Assembly (NCBI GenBank): GCA_964621455.1
Contig: CAZULW010000005.1
Location: forward strand, 6,705-70,704
Direction: 5' to 3'
Origin: an uncultured bacterium
GTDB taxonomy: Bacteria; Fidelibacterota; Marinisomatia; SCGC-AAA003-L08; TS1B11
DNA: 64,000 nucleotides
Below, one piece after another: positions 53,912 through 64,000 of the stretch. The position numbers and the translations under genes are program-made. The notes under the pieces were generated by a model. That model worked only from the letters and a program-made list of their open reading frames with translations. It did not search any database and had not been told where the DNA came from. Positions within the stretch are counted from its first letter, which is position 1, and the number at the start of each line of letters is the position of its first letter.

Positions 53912-53997
53912 TCTTAGCTCCTTCTACTGGATCACCTTAAAAGTCTAGCTGTCAGAGTCTGCTGCGTTGATGGATGAATCACCCATTACGGATCACG

Positions 53998-56112
53998 TTA
54001 TTCGATAGACAACCGGGCATCCAGAGCGATAGCCCCCTTGTCATGAACTACCACCGGGTTGATATCCAGTTCTACGATCTCCGGAAACTCCATCACCAGT
54101 TGGGATACACGCTGAATGACATCGGTGATGGCCTTCAGGTCGGATCGTTTCTCGCCCCGCACGCCGCGCAACAGGGGAGCAGACCGAATCTCATTGATCA
54201 TCTCGCCGGCTTCGCGTTCCGTTACAGGCGCTAAGCGGAACGCTACGTCCTTCAGGACTTCGACGTAGATGCCGCCCAGTCCAAACAGGATCAACGGGCC
54301 GAACTGCGGGTCACTGCTCATCCCGACGATCACTTCTTTGCCCGGGTCGATCATCTCCTGGACCAGTGCCCCCCAGATTTCTGCATTCGGCATGTGCTTT
54401 TGGCTGCGATACATGATAAGATCAAACGCGTCGCGCACATCCTCTGCATTGTGGAGGTCCAACCTGATGCCGCCTATATCCGATTTGTGAAGGATATCTG
54501 GTGAGGCAACCTTCAGCGCAACCGGAAACCCGATGTCTTCAGCGATCTCGATTGCCTCTTCGCTGGTGCGCGCCAGCCTGGATTCAGGTAGTGTAATTCC
54601 ATATGCCGCGATAACGCCTCGTGCTTCTACTTCGCCCAGAGTCACGCGACCATCAGCCCGAACTTCGTTCAGAATTCGCTGTACTTCTTCACGGTCAACG
54701 TCAAACTGGTCGGGTTCGGTTTTGGGCTGCTCCAGGAACTGCCGATAGCGCCACATGGCCTGGAGCACACTGACTGCTCGATCCGGAGAGCGATAGTTAG
54801 GAACGTTATTGCGATTGAGAATCTCAGCCCCAACGCGGATTTTTGCTTCACCCATAAAGCAGCCAATAATGGGTTTTTCATACTGGCCAGCCAGATCTGA
54901 AACCAGTTCTGCCGTCTCCGAGATCTCAGTCATCACCTGGGGGGTCAGAATTACTATGACACCATTAACTTTTGGGTCCTCGAGAGCCGCCTTCAACGCC
55001 ACCGCATATCGGTCAGCACCGGCGTCTCCCAGCACGTCGATGGGATTGTAAACATTAGCCGCTCCCGGCAACGCCTCGCGTAATGTCTGTACCGTCACGG
55101 TCTCGAGCTGCGTGAGGTGAAGTCCGGCGCGCTCCAGATCGTCCGTTGCCAGGATACCCGGGCCGCCGGCGTTGGTTACTATGGCAATGTAAGGACCTTC
55201 CAGGAGCGGCTGGTAGGCTAACGCCAGGCCCCAATCAAAGATATCCTGTAAGGATTTGGCCCGCAGTACACCGGCTTTTTGGAAAGCTGCTTCATATGCA
55301 TGTTCCGAGCCGGCCAAGCTTCCGGTGTGGCTGGACACCGCTTTCGAGCCCGCTTCCGTCGTGCCCGATTTGAGCGCCACCACCGGTTTTCTGGCTGACA
55401 CCTCTCGGGCAACATCGATGAATTCGCGTCCATCGGGCAACCCCTCGATATAGGCCAGCACGACCCTGGTTTGCTCATCATCCTTCCATTTCCGCAGCAG
55501 CGCCGCTTCGTCAACGTCGGCCTTGTTGCCCAGGCTCACGAATCGTGAGAAGCCGATCCCCTCAGCGACAGCGAGGTCCAGTACCGCTGTACACAGCGCA
55601 CCGGATTGGGACATGAAGGCGATGTTGCCCTGATCTGGCATGCTGGCGGCAAAAGAGGCGTTGATGGGGCAAAAGGTATCAATGACCCCGAGGCAGTTTG
55701 GCCCGATAACGCGCAAGCCGTAATCGCGCGCGATTGCAGTGATTTCCTGTTCCCGACGAACGCCCTCCACGCCGGTTTCCCCAAATCCAGCAGTGATAAC
55801 AATAACCCCATTGAGCCCCTTTTCACCGCATTCCCGCATCACGTCCAGGACGAATCGTTCCGGGACCACAATGATCGCCAGGTCGAGCTTGCCGGGGATG
55901 TCTTTGACGCTGGCATAGGCCGGCAGACCAAGAACCTCGTCAGCTTTGGGATTGACCGGATAGACATCACCCTGGTAGCCGGAGGCTAAAATGTTGCTTA
56001 GAATCCCATGTCCTAACTTCTCGGGATCGCGAGAAGCGCCGACGACTGCCACACTATCAGGGCAGAGAAAAGCGTCCAGTTTGTCAGTCTTTTCGTTGGC
56101 TGAGGAATCCAT
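53998..56112 (-). CDS. ADP-forming acetyl-CoA synthetase (fused alpha/beta; CoA-binding plus ATP-grasp)
   Basis: N-terminal VAVVGASRDPEKLGH CoA-binding motif, succinyl-CoA-synthetase-like flavodoxin domains (GPNCLG, SQSGAL) and a C-terminal ATP-grasp domain. Confidence 0.9.
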   Translation of the reverse strand: MDSSANEKTDKLDAFLCPDSVAVVGASRDPEKLGHGILSNILASGYQGDVYPVNPKADEVLGLPAYASVKDIPGKLDLAIIVVPERFVLDVMRECGEKGLNGVIVITAGFGETGVEGVRREQEITAIARDYGLRVIGPNCLGVIDTFCPINASFAASMPDQGNIAFMSQSGALCTAVLDLAVAEGIGFSRFVSLGNKADVDEAALLRKWKDDEQTRVVLAYIEGLPDGREFIDVAREVSARKPVVALKSGTTEAGSKAVSSHTGSLAGSEHAYEAAFQKAGVLRAKSLQDIFDWGLALAYQPLLEGPYIAIVTNAGGPGILATDDLERAGLHLTQLETVTVQTLREALPGAANVYNPIDVLGDAGADRYAVALKAALEDPKVNGVIVILTPQVMTEISETAELVSDLAGQYEKPIIGCFMGEAKIRVGAEILNRNNVPNYRSPDRAVSVLQAMWRYRQFLEQPKTEPDQFDVDREEVQRILNEVRADGRVTLGEVEARGVIAAYGITLPESRLARTSEEAIEIAEDIGFPVALKVASPDILHKSDIGGIRLDLHNAEDVRDAFDLIMYRSQKHMPNAEIWGALVQEMIDPGKEVIVGMSSDPQFGPLILFGLGGIYVEVLKDVAFRLAPVTEREAGEMINEIRSAPLLRGVRGEKRSDLKAITDVIQRVSQLVMEFPEIVELDINPVVVHDKGAIALDARLSIE

Positions 56113-56413
56113 TGGTCATGAAATTAGAATCAATTGCCTGGTGGGGGGGATATTATATATTGCGTATTATACGTCATATTATCCCACACATCCCGCTCTT
56201 CCCTTCGAGATCCTGTAGCACTGTCAGCTCACTTCCTGCGGGGGCTCCCTCACCAGCGGCAGGGTTCAGCCCTGCAAAAGGAGGGGTCGGTCCGCTAGAT
56301 AGGAGAGGACTCCAGGCGTGATCCCGAGGCCATCTATATTCCGGGCGTATCGCAACCTGTCCCCGACAAACCGTCGGGGCCAGACGGGCGGCGGCAGCCA
56401 GACGGGTACGCCC

Positions 56414-57805
56414 CTACCGCGACCTGGCCACCTGAAGCGCGGTAGTGGTAGTATAATATTTGGCCAGCATATTAGGCACCTCCCAATCCGGCAGTTTCCC
56501 ATCAACCAGATACTGTAAGTACCTCTCCATTACCTGGCTAAAGTGGGCTTCATGCCCCACACGATATTGGTCCGGAATAACGACCAGCCAGCTATCTCCC
56601 TTCTGCTCCAACGCAAGCCCGGGATAGGTCGCCGCCAGTTCGTCAATCGCTTCTTTCAGTGCTTTTTCAAAATCCGGTCCTCCCGCACCGCTGACCGGTT
56701 CAACGGACAGTTGGGGAGTATAATTCTCCGCTGCGCCCTGCCGGATCACCAGGTTGGCCTTGCTGCCGCGCATGATGGAGAAATGGGTATCACCACCACC
56801 GGGTGGGGCCTGAAAATTCCAGACTACTGATACCTTTGCATGGACATCCTTGATCTTGTATATGATCTCGCCGTTTGCGTACACCCGCAGTGCCCCGTCC
56901 TCACCCATATCTTTGGTGAGATACTCGGGGAACTCTGACAGTCTCGTTACCTTTCCAAACTGCTCGAGAGTGATGATAGTCGGCCAGCGCTTAGCCACCA
57001 GGATGTCAACATCGTGCTGGTAATCGAGGCTTTGTTCGGGGAAGCACTCCCACTGAACCAGGTCAACCAGGTGCGTGGTTACATCTACCAGTCCCTCGCC
57101 TTGTTGGGTAACGTCAAAATACCATGCCGGCCGCTTGATTGGATTCCCTGAAACATACTTGAAAAAGTGGTGCACGCTCTCCTTGGTGACCGCCGGGTTC
57201 TCCACACTTCCCCTTTCCAGCTTGCCGAAGATAGATGGCATGAGCGACAGTTCCTTCTGAAGGATAGTATTGATCTCGGACCGTTCGGTCATGATATCAT
57301 AGAGCAGAACGCCATGTTCCTCCGCGGAGGCGAAGGTTTCCTTGAGCAGGGCAAAGCCGTCCGGATCGATACACATGGGCTTGTCGGACAGGACGTTGAT
57401 GCCGGCGTCCACTACCGCCTTGATGTACGCCGTCTTCTTGCCGTTATTCCCGGCGGTGACCATCACGTTGCCCAGTTTGTCCTTGAGCATTTTCTCCAGG
57501 TAGTCCGGACCAAGATACACCTTTTCTTCCCAGCGGGTAGGGTTGTCGGTCCGCGTATTATATCCCTCAACCTGCTGCAGATGGTTTTGCACGTCGGGCC
57601 CTTCCGGCGCATAGACATGCACGACAGGGTCCACCTGGCTGTACATGATTTTCTGCACCAGGCCGGCATGAAAGTGGCCCGGATCCAGTGTAATGAGTTT
57701 CACTTCATTATCCGCGCCAGTAAAACCACCCTCCCGGGGTGCACATGATCCGATGATAAAAAGCATCAGAACGCCTTTCGTTATTTCTTGCAGTGTTCGA
57801 AGCAT
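56414..57805 (-). CDS. Lipoprotein Gfo/Idh/MocA-like oxidoreductase with the putative-oxidoreductase C-terminal domain
   Basis: Lipobox IIGSC. LITLDPGHFHAGLVQK motif characteristic of this family. Confidence 0.75.
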   Translation of the reverse strand: MLRTLQEITKGVLMLFIIGSCAPREGGFTGADNEVKLITLDPGHFHAGLVQKIMYSQVDPVVHVYAPEGPDVQNHLQQVEGYNTRTDNPTRWEEKVYLGPDYLEKMLKDKLGNVMVTAGNNGKKTAYIKAVVDAGINVLSDKPMCIDPDGFALLKETFASAEEHGVLLYDIMTERSEINTILQKELSLMPSIFGKLERGSVENPAVTKESVHHFFKYVSGNPIKRPAWYFDVTQQGEGLVDVTTHLVDLVQWECFPEQSLDYQHDVDILVAKRWPTIITLEQFGKVTRLSEFPEYLTKDMGEDGALRVYANGEIIYKIKDVHAKVSVVWNFQAPPGGGDTHFSIMRGSKANLVIRQGAAENYTPQLSVEPVSGAGGPDFEKALKEAIDELAATYPGLALEQKGDSWLVVIPDQYRVGHEAHFSQVMERYLQYLVDGKLPDWEVPNMLAKYYTTTTALQVARSR

Positions 57806-58064
57806 TTATGACCTCCCTTTTTTCTGCTGGTAAAATTCAATACTGAGATAGCACACGGATTCTACGAGACTGTTGAGTACATTTTCCGCATACTTCTCAT
57901 ATTTTGTATGGCCTCAAAGCACTGTGGATAGCTACGGTTATAAACTAAGGTGTATATACAACCATATCCAAGGTTCTATTTGCGCCTCTGTCGAAGCATC
58001 CGCTGCCTCTCTATATCCTGTTGATCAACTATATCCCCGACCCGGCCCGCGTGTACGAACGCGT

Positions 58065-58973
58065 TCAGGCTTTCAACGTCTTGTCGATCCGCGCGATGCT
58101 GTCGTCGATTTCCTCCTTACTGAGCATTCCAATGTTTATTACGTCGACAAGGTCGTTACCCAGCACGAATTTTAATGAAGCGTCTTTTTCCTCGGGCTTG
58201 ACGAGTGTGCCTTCGCCAAAAATCTTTATTCCGACGACGGCTTTGCCGTTTTCCCGCGCTTTCAGGAGGGTCCTGGAGATCGCTTCCGGGCTGTCATCCA
58301 TCTTGGCTCCGGTATGGTTGATGCGGGCTAAAATGACATCCACCCAGGGATGTTCGGCAGCGATCTTAAGGGCATCATGATTGTGAAATGAACAACCAAC
58401 CGCGCGAATCACCTTTTTCTGTTTCAGTTCGGAGAGCTCGTCCCGTATTCCTTTGAACTCCTCGGGCCATCTCGAATTCTGGACGCAATGGATGAGACAG
58501 ATGTCGAGCAGGTCCACGCCAAGTTCCTTGCGGAAGCGATTAACTTCCTGGATCGCCCCACCAGACGGCTGGAGCCAATCATTCTTGCGGGGCCAGATTT
58601 TGCTGGACAGGACATAACTGTCTCGCGGGACTTCCGCCAGCGTTTTTCTCACAAATGGATGGGAGCCGTAGAGGTCGGCCATATCAATATAATTTAGGCC
58701 CTGATCGATGCCGTGGAGGAGGAGCTCAGAAAATGCCTTTTGACCGAGCTTGGTATGATCCGACGACCGTTTCCAGCCCCGCATCCCGGTTCCCATCGCG
58801 AGGCGGGACGCGACGATTCCGGTTGTTCCCAATTCCACCCGGTCGCTGGCCTGGCCGGAAGCTGGTGCTTTCTTCTCTGCATCGAGGCCCTGCATCCAGG
58901 CCGGAGTCGCAGCAAGCGCGCCCGCTCCGAGCAGTGACTTTTCCAAAAATTGCCGCCTGGTTATTTCACTCAT
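58065..58973 (-). CDS. TAT-exported aldo/keto reductase
   Basis: TRRQFLEKSLLGAGALAA TAT signal. AKR-like core (GTGMRGW, DMADLYG, HCVQN). Confidence 0.85.
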   Translation of the reverse strand: MSEITRRQFLEKSLLGAGALAATPAWMQGLDAEKKAPASGQASDRVELGTTGIVASRLAMGTGMRGWKRSSDHTKLGQKAFSELLLHGIDQGLNYIDMADLYGSHPFVRKTLAEVPRDSYVLSSKIWPRKNDWLQPSGGAIQEVNRFRKELGVDLLDICLIHCVQNSRWPEEFKGIRDELSELKQKKVIRAVGCSFHNHDALKIAAEHPWVDVILARINHTGAKMDDSPEAISRTLLKARENGKAVVGIKIFGEGTLVKPEEKDASLKFVLGNDLVDVINIGMLSKEEIDDSIARIDKTLKA

Positions 58974-59129
58974 AGCCGGTTTATCTCATGTATGTCTTTA
59001 AAACCTGCTGGATATTCTATGCCTAAAACTAAACGATACTTTCCATTATTCCAAGGTTCTGTTTGCCAGGACATCCCCCGAAATAATCAGGTGGAAATCA
59101 TCGATGTTTGCCGCCTCTCTTCCATACGG

Positions 59130-59294
59130 GTCATTGCGAGAGAGTCCCAGGTAGGCCCGTGGTCGTCATTGCGAAGGAGTCCCGACGCTTCGGTCGGGAC
59201 GACCCTGGCCGTACCCGGCCACGGGGAGGCCTGTGGCAATCCAGTAAGAATGGGTAAACGGGATCGCCACACCCCCCGACGCTTCGGTAGGGGG
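59130..59294. repeat. Intergenic repeats: gtcattgcgaRRgagtccc x2 and two CGAC-gcttcg-GTCG hairpins
   Basis: Repeat copies at 59130-59148 and 59165-59183. Hairpins at 59179-59200 (perfect 8 bp) and 59273-59294 (7/8 bp). Confidence 0.75.
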
Positions 59295-59541
59295 ATTCGC
59301 GATAACTGTATGGGGATATGTCGGGGGAATTCCTGTCTGTTTACGCCTTTTCTGAAGCGTAATTTACGTTAGCAGCGACCGCTGATACAGGATCTGATTG
59401 CCTCGGCACACGTCTCACACCTTGCATGATGGGAGTGCTGCATAAGTAATTACTCCAACGGCTAAAGAATCAGATCCCCGGGCCGATAGCGGATAGAAAG
59501 GATGGACCGGCGCCAGGGAACAAGGAAGCGAAAAAATGTAC

Positions 59542-59571
59542 TTGCAATTACCGGAGGGACTGCCGTAGAAT
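59542..59571 (+). promoter_or_regulatory. Candidate sigma70-like promoter for the ilv leader
   Basis: TTGCAA, an 18-nt spacer, then TAGAAT. It lies about 100 nt upstream of the candidate leader ORF. Confidence 0.3.
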
Positions 59572-59674
59572 CGGCTCTAACAAAAGGTGAGATTACCTGG
59601 CGTTAAGTATCGTGAGTAAGCAGCCTGCATATCACCCTTCCCGCTGGAGCCCCCTGGGTTCACAAGGAACTAGC

Positions 59675-59767
59675 GTGCAGGTGCTGCTGCCGATCGGCGA
59701 TCTTCATATCGTCGCTGTAATTATTGGGATTATCGTACAACCCGTAAACCTGGCTCTGGCAGGCTAG
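59675..59767 (+). CDS. Candidate 30-aa Ile/Val/Leu-rich leader peptide upstream of ilvD
   Basis: AAGGA RBS 7 nt before the GTG start. VQVLLPIGDLHIVAVIIGIIVQPVNLALAG. Its TAG stop lies inside arm A of the downstream inverted repeats. Confidence 0.4.
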   Translation: MQVLLPIGDLHIVAVIIGIIVQPVNLALAG

Positions 59768-59848
59768 TTAGGCGGGCAGTTAATCCCAATCGCACCATCA
59801 CTTAAAATTCCCTAACTAGCCTAAAAAAAAGATCGGGATTAACTGCCC
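59761..59848 (+). promoter_or_regulatory. Interleaved perfect inverted repeats (12 bp A/A' and 14 bp B/B') in the ilvD leader
   Basis: A 59761-72 aggctagttagg pairs with A' 59811-22. B 59774-87 gggcagttaatccc pairs with B' 59835-48. The order is A-B-A'-B', with an A8 run between A' and B'. Confidence 0.6.
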
Positions 59849-59913
59849 CGGAGAGCTGTGCCTTTGGTTTAGGTGTAGTGCGGACAGGATTTTTAAAATA
59901 TAGGAAACCATGT

Positions 59914-61590
59914 ATGCGTTCGGATACCATCAAACTCGGTTTTGAGCGGGCACCCCACCGCAGCCTCTTAAAGGCCACGGGCGCGATCCACAGCCGGGAA
60001 GACTTCCAGAAACCGTTCATCGGTATCGCCAACTCGTATACCGACCTGATCCCGGGCCACGTGCACCTGCAGGATTTCGGCAAGGTAGTGAAAGATTCGG
60101 TACGCGAGTCCGGCGGCGTCCCCTTCGAGTTCAATACCATCGGCGTGGATGACGGCATCGCCATGGGGCATCCGGGGATGCGCTACTCCCTCCCCAGCCG
60201 GGAACTCATCGCCGACAGCGTGGAGACGGTAGCAGCGGCCCACTGCCTGGACGGCCTGGTCTGTATTCCTAACTGCGATAAAATCGTCCCTGGCATGCTC
60301 ATGGCTGCCGTCCGGCTCAACATCCCCGCCATCTTTATTTCCGGCGGGCCCATGAAGGCCGGGCGCACTCCTTCGGGAGACACGGTCGACCTCATCACCG
60401 TCTTCGAGGGGGTGGGCCAATACCAGGCCGGCACGATCGACGACGCCCGCTTGCAGGAGCTGGAGGACTATGCCTGTCCATCCTGCGGCTCGTGTGCGGG
60501 CCTGTTCACCGCCAATTCCATGAACTGTCTGATGGAAGCCCTGGGCATAGCCCTGCCGGGCAACGGCACCGTGTTGGCGATAGATGAGCGGCGCCGGGAT
60601 CTGGCCCGGCAAACCGGCCCCCGCATCATGGACCTGGTGAAGCAGGACCTCAAACCAAGGGACATCATCACCCGAGAGGCCCTTTGCAACGCCTTTGCGT
60701 TGGACATGGCCATGGGCGGCAGCACCAACACCGTGCTGCATACCTTGGCCATTGCCAATGAGGCTGGCATGGATTTTGACCTGAAGGAGCTGAACCGGCT
60801 CTCCAAACGGGTTCCCAACATCTGCAGGGTGAGTCCGGCAAACAGAGAGGTGCACATGGAAGATGTGGACCGCGCTGGTGGCGTCTCCGCCATTCTGAAT
60901 GAACTGTCCAGGGTTGACGGTGCATTAGACCTGTCATGCATAACCGTCACAGGGAGGACTCTGGGGGAGAACATCGCCGACGCCCGGATCAAAGATCCAG
61001 AGGTGATTCGCTCCGTGGCGGACCCCTATTCCAAAGACGGCGGTCTGGCGCTGCTGTTCGGGAACCTGGCCCCCCAGGGTGCCGTGGTGAAGACGGCGGC
61101 GGTTGAGGCAGCCATGATGGTTCATTCAGGTCCGGCCCGGATTTACGAGTCCCAGGAGGAGGCGGTGAGGGGCATCCTGAACGGCGAGGTCCAGCCCGGC
61201 GAAGTGGTGGTCATTCGCTATGAGGGTCCCAGAGGCGGTCCCGGGATGCCCGAGATGCTGGCCCCTACCAGCAGCATCGTGGGTATGGGGCTGGGTGATA
61301 AGGTAGCCCTCATTACTGACGGCCGCTTTTCCGGCGGGACCCGCGGGGCCTGCATCGGCCACGTTTCCCCGGAAGCGGCTGAAAGGGGACCACTGGCGGC
61401 ACTTAACAGCGGAGATATCATCCATATTGATATTCCGGGCCACCGTTTATCGGTGGAACTGAGTGATGAAGAAATCGAAGCCCGCTTGAGTGAGCTGCCC
61501 CCCTTTGAATTGAAGATCAAGAGCGGCTATCTGGGCCGGTACGCCCGTATGGTGACATCGGCAAATACCGGTGCCGTAATGGCGGTTTAA
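59914..61590 (+). CDS. ilvD: Dihydroxy-acid dehydratase
   Basis: [24 protein letters not shown]-terminus. CDKIVPGM and PSCGSCAG Fe-S ligand motifs. The ORF-track start at 59878 is an upstream extension. Confidence 0.95.
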   Translation: MRSDTIKLGFERAPHRSLLKATGAIHSREDFQKPFIGIANSYTDLIPGHVHLQDFGKVVKDSVRESGGVPFEFNTIGVDDGIAMGHPGMRYSLPSRELIADSVETVAAAHCLDGLVCIPNCDKIVPGMLMAAVRLNIPAIFISGGPMKAGRTPSGDTVDLITVFEGVGQYQAGTIDDARLQELEDYACPSCGSCAGLFTANSMNCLMEALGIALPGNGTVLAIDERRRDLARQTGPRIMDLVKQDLKPRDIITREALCNAFALDMAMGGSTNTVLHTLAIANEAGMDFDLKELNRLSKRVPNICRVSPANREVHMEDVDRAGGVSAILNELSRVDGALDLSCITVTGRTLGENIADARIKDPEVIRSVADPYSKDGGLALLFGNLAPQGAVVKTAAVEAAMMVHSGPARIYESQEEAVRGILNGEVQPGEVVVIRYEGPRGGPGMPEMLAPTSSIVGMGLGDKVALITDGRFSGGTRGACIGHVSPEAAERGPLAALNSGDIIHIDIPGHRLSVELSDEEIEARLSELPPFELKIKSGYLGRYARMVTSANTGAVMAV

Positions 61591-61617
61591 GCAGGATATC
61601 AATAGTGAGGCGAAACA

Positions 61618-63342
61618 ATGGGCAACAAAAGACGAACCTTAACCGGCGCTGAGATCCTCTGGGAATGTTTAGTGCGGGAAGGGGTGGAGGTGGTTTTTGG
61701 CTACCCCGGCGGGACCACCCTGCCCATATACGACGCGATGGACCGGTACCAGGATAAAGTACGCCACGTTCTGGTGCGGCACGAGCAGGGCGCTGCCCAT
61801 ATGGCCGACGGCTACGCCCGGGTCAGCGGCAAGGTAGGGGTTGCCATGGCCACCTCGGGTCCCGGTGCCACCAACCTTGTCACCGGTATCGCCACGGCTA
61901 TGATGGACTCGTCCCCCATCGTGTGCATCACGGGGCAGGTCCCTACCACGGCCCTGGGCGGCGACGCCTTCCAGGAGACCGATATCACCGGCGCCACCTT
62001 ACCCCTGACCAAGCACAGCTACCTGGTAATGCAGGTGGAAGAGCTGGCTCATTCCATTCGGGAGGCTTTTTACATCGCCCGCACCGGACGGCCCGGACCG
62101 GTGCTGATCGATATCCCCAAGGACGTACAGGCAGCCTCGACCGAATTCGTCTATCCCGACGACCCTATTGATCTACCCGGATACCATCCGCCGGAAAAAG
62201 CCACCGATCAGCAGTTAAGCGACGCCCTGGAACTGATTAACAGTGCCGAAAAGCCGGTGATTCTCGCCGGACACGGGGTTCTCATGTCCGGGGCTATGGC
62301 CGAACTGACCCAACTCGTCGAAAAAGCCGCCATCCCGGTGGCAACTACCCTGCTAGGCCTTGGTGGCTTACCGGGAAGCCACCCCTACAATCTGGGGATG
62401 ATGGGCATGCACGGCACCGCCATGGCCAACCACGCTATTCAGGAGGCTGATCTGCTCATCGCCTGCGGCATGCGCTTCGACGACCGCGTGACGGGGAACC
62501 TGAAAACCTATTCACCCGACTCGAAAAAGATCCATATCGAAATCGACGCGGCGGAGATCAATAAAAATGTCCGGGTGGATGTAGGTATCCACGCCGACCT
62601 GGGCACCGTCCTGCGACAGCTCATCCCCAAAGTGAAGGAGAGAAAACACCCTGATTGGATGGAAGTCATCAGCAGTTGGCGGGAAGAGGCCGACCAACGG
62701 GACGTGCTGAAAAAGGAAACCGAAAACCTCATGGGAGCCCAGGTAATCCGTGCCATCTGGGAAGGGACTAATGGCGATGCCATTGTCGTGACCGATGTGG
62801 GCCAGCACCAGATGCTGGCGGCCCAGTATTACCCCCACGAGTTACCCAACACTCACATCACCTCGGGAGGTTTGGGTACTATGGGCTTCGGAGTGCCTGC
62901 GGCCCTGGGGGCCAGTTTTCATGTGAAGGACAAAGAGATCTGGGTTATTGTCGGAGACGGCGGTTTTCAGATGACGCTGCAGGAATTGGGAACCGCCGTT
63001 CAGGAGAAATCTAATATAAAGATCGCCATCATCAACAACGGCTACCTTGGTATGGTACGCCAGTGGCAGCAGATGTTCTACAATGCCCGGTATGTCGAAA
63101 CGCCCATCTCGAGCCCCAATTATCAACTGCTGGCCGAGGCTTACGGATTGCCGGGATACCGGGTAGAAAAGCAGGAGGATATTCTGCCTGCCATGGAAAA
63201 GGCCCGGAAACACAAGGGACCTGTGCTCATCGAGTTCGTGGTAGAGCAACACGATATGGTCTATCCAATGGTTCCGGCCGGCGCGGACCTGCACCAGATG
63301 ATCCGCCGCCCGCACCCGGAATTTGAAAACACCGACGCCTGA
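61618..63342 (+). CDS. ilvB: Acetolactate synthase large (catalytic) subunit
   Basis: ThDP enzyme motifs (GYPGG, GPGATN, GGLGTMGFGVPAALGA, GDGGFQM). 574 aa. Confidence 0.95.
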   Translation: MGNKRRTLTGAEILWECLVREGVEVVFGYPGGTTLPIYDAMDRYQDKVRHVLVRHEQGAAHMADGYARVSGKVGVAMATSGPGATNLVTGIATAMMDSSPIVCITGQVPTTALGGDAFQETDITGATLPLTKHSYLVMQVEELAHSIREAFYIARTGRPGPVLIDIPKDVQAASTEFVYPDDPIDLPGYHPPEKATDQQLSDALELINSAEKPVILAGHGVLMSGAMAELTQLVEKAAIPVATTLLGLGGLPGSHPYNLGMMGMHGTAMANHAIQEADLLIACGMRFDDRVTGNLKTYSPDSKKIHIEIDAAEINKNVRVDVGIHADLGTVLRQLIPKVKERKHPDWMEVISSWREEADQRDVLKKETENLMGAQVIRAIWEGTNGDAIVVTDVGQHQMLAAQYYPHELPNTHITSGGLGTMGFGVPAALGASFHVKDKEIWVIVGDGGFQMTLQELGTAVQEKSNIKIAIINNGYLGMVRQWQQMFYNARYVETPISSPNYQLLAEAYGLPGYRVEKQEDILPAMEKARKHKGPVLIEFVVEQHDMVYPMVPAGADLHQMIRRPHPEFENTDA

Positions 63343-63360
63343 AAGACTGGAGCTGACACC

Positions 63361-64000
<640 letters not shown>

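Overview
This 64-kb, moderately GC-rich bacterial contig uses the standard code: TGA, TAG and TAA all terminate conserved genes. A C-terminal T9SS sorting domain on one giant protein suggests an uncultivated FCB-superphylum-like host. The window is dominated by electron-transfer genes, with 67 CxxCH plus 4 CX3-4CH heme motifs in 8 proteins.

Layout:
- 1-12.7 kb (+): the tail of a Psr/Nrf-type FeS+NrfD module, then a complete ACIII/Qrc-like module (pentaheme c, TAT MopB, FeS, NrfD-like, small TM protein, 4-domain cytochrome c), then a Rieske/cytochrome b/nonaheme c complex and a membrane zinc-ribbon protein.
- 13.3-16.1 kb: an AT-rich integron relic. It has an internally deleted intI and three minus-strand cassettes, each followed by an attC-like imperfect palindrome. 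The class III cyclase cassette carries an in-frame TGA at a zinc-ribbon Cys position.
- 16.3-27.2 kb (-): a copper/silver island (cusCBA plus accessory metal-binding proteins) with an RND relic, a CopA relic and a TAG-interrupted P-II-like gene.
- 27.4-33.2 kb (-): System I cytochrome c maturation genes (ccmE, F, H, I-like, A, B, C, D) with several atypical features.
- 33.3-40.9 kb (-): the most interesting locus. It encodes a porin-cytochrome-type trio (OM beta-barrel, 12-heme periplasmic cytochrome, lipoprotein cytochrome) followed by two giant multiheme-c/diheme-b fusion proteins (17 and 11 hemes). A collagen-like lipoprotein cytochrome is transcribed divergently.
- 43.2-47.2 kb (+): a group 3b NiFe hydrogenase.
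- 47.2-52.6 kb: heptamer arrays, hairpin repeats, an orphan phage-like HTH gene and a 1346-aa T9SS beta-helix protein.
- 52.8-59.0 kb (-): acetate and redox metabolism genes.
- 59.5-64.0 kb (+): ilvD-ilvB-ilvN-ilvC, preceded by a candidate Ile/Val-rich leader peptide and interleaved inverted repeats.

All calls come from reading the translations and the DNA by eye. No database search was run.
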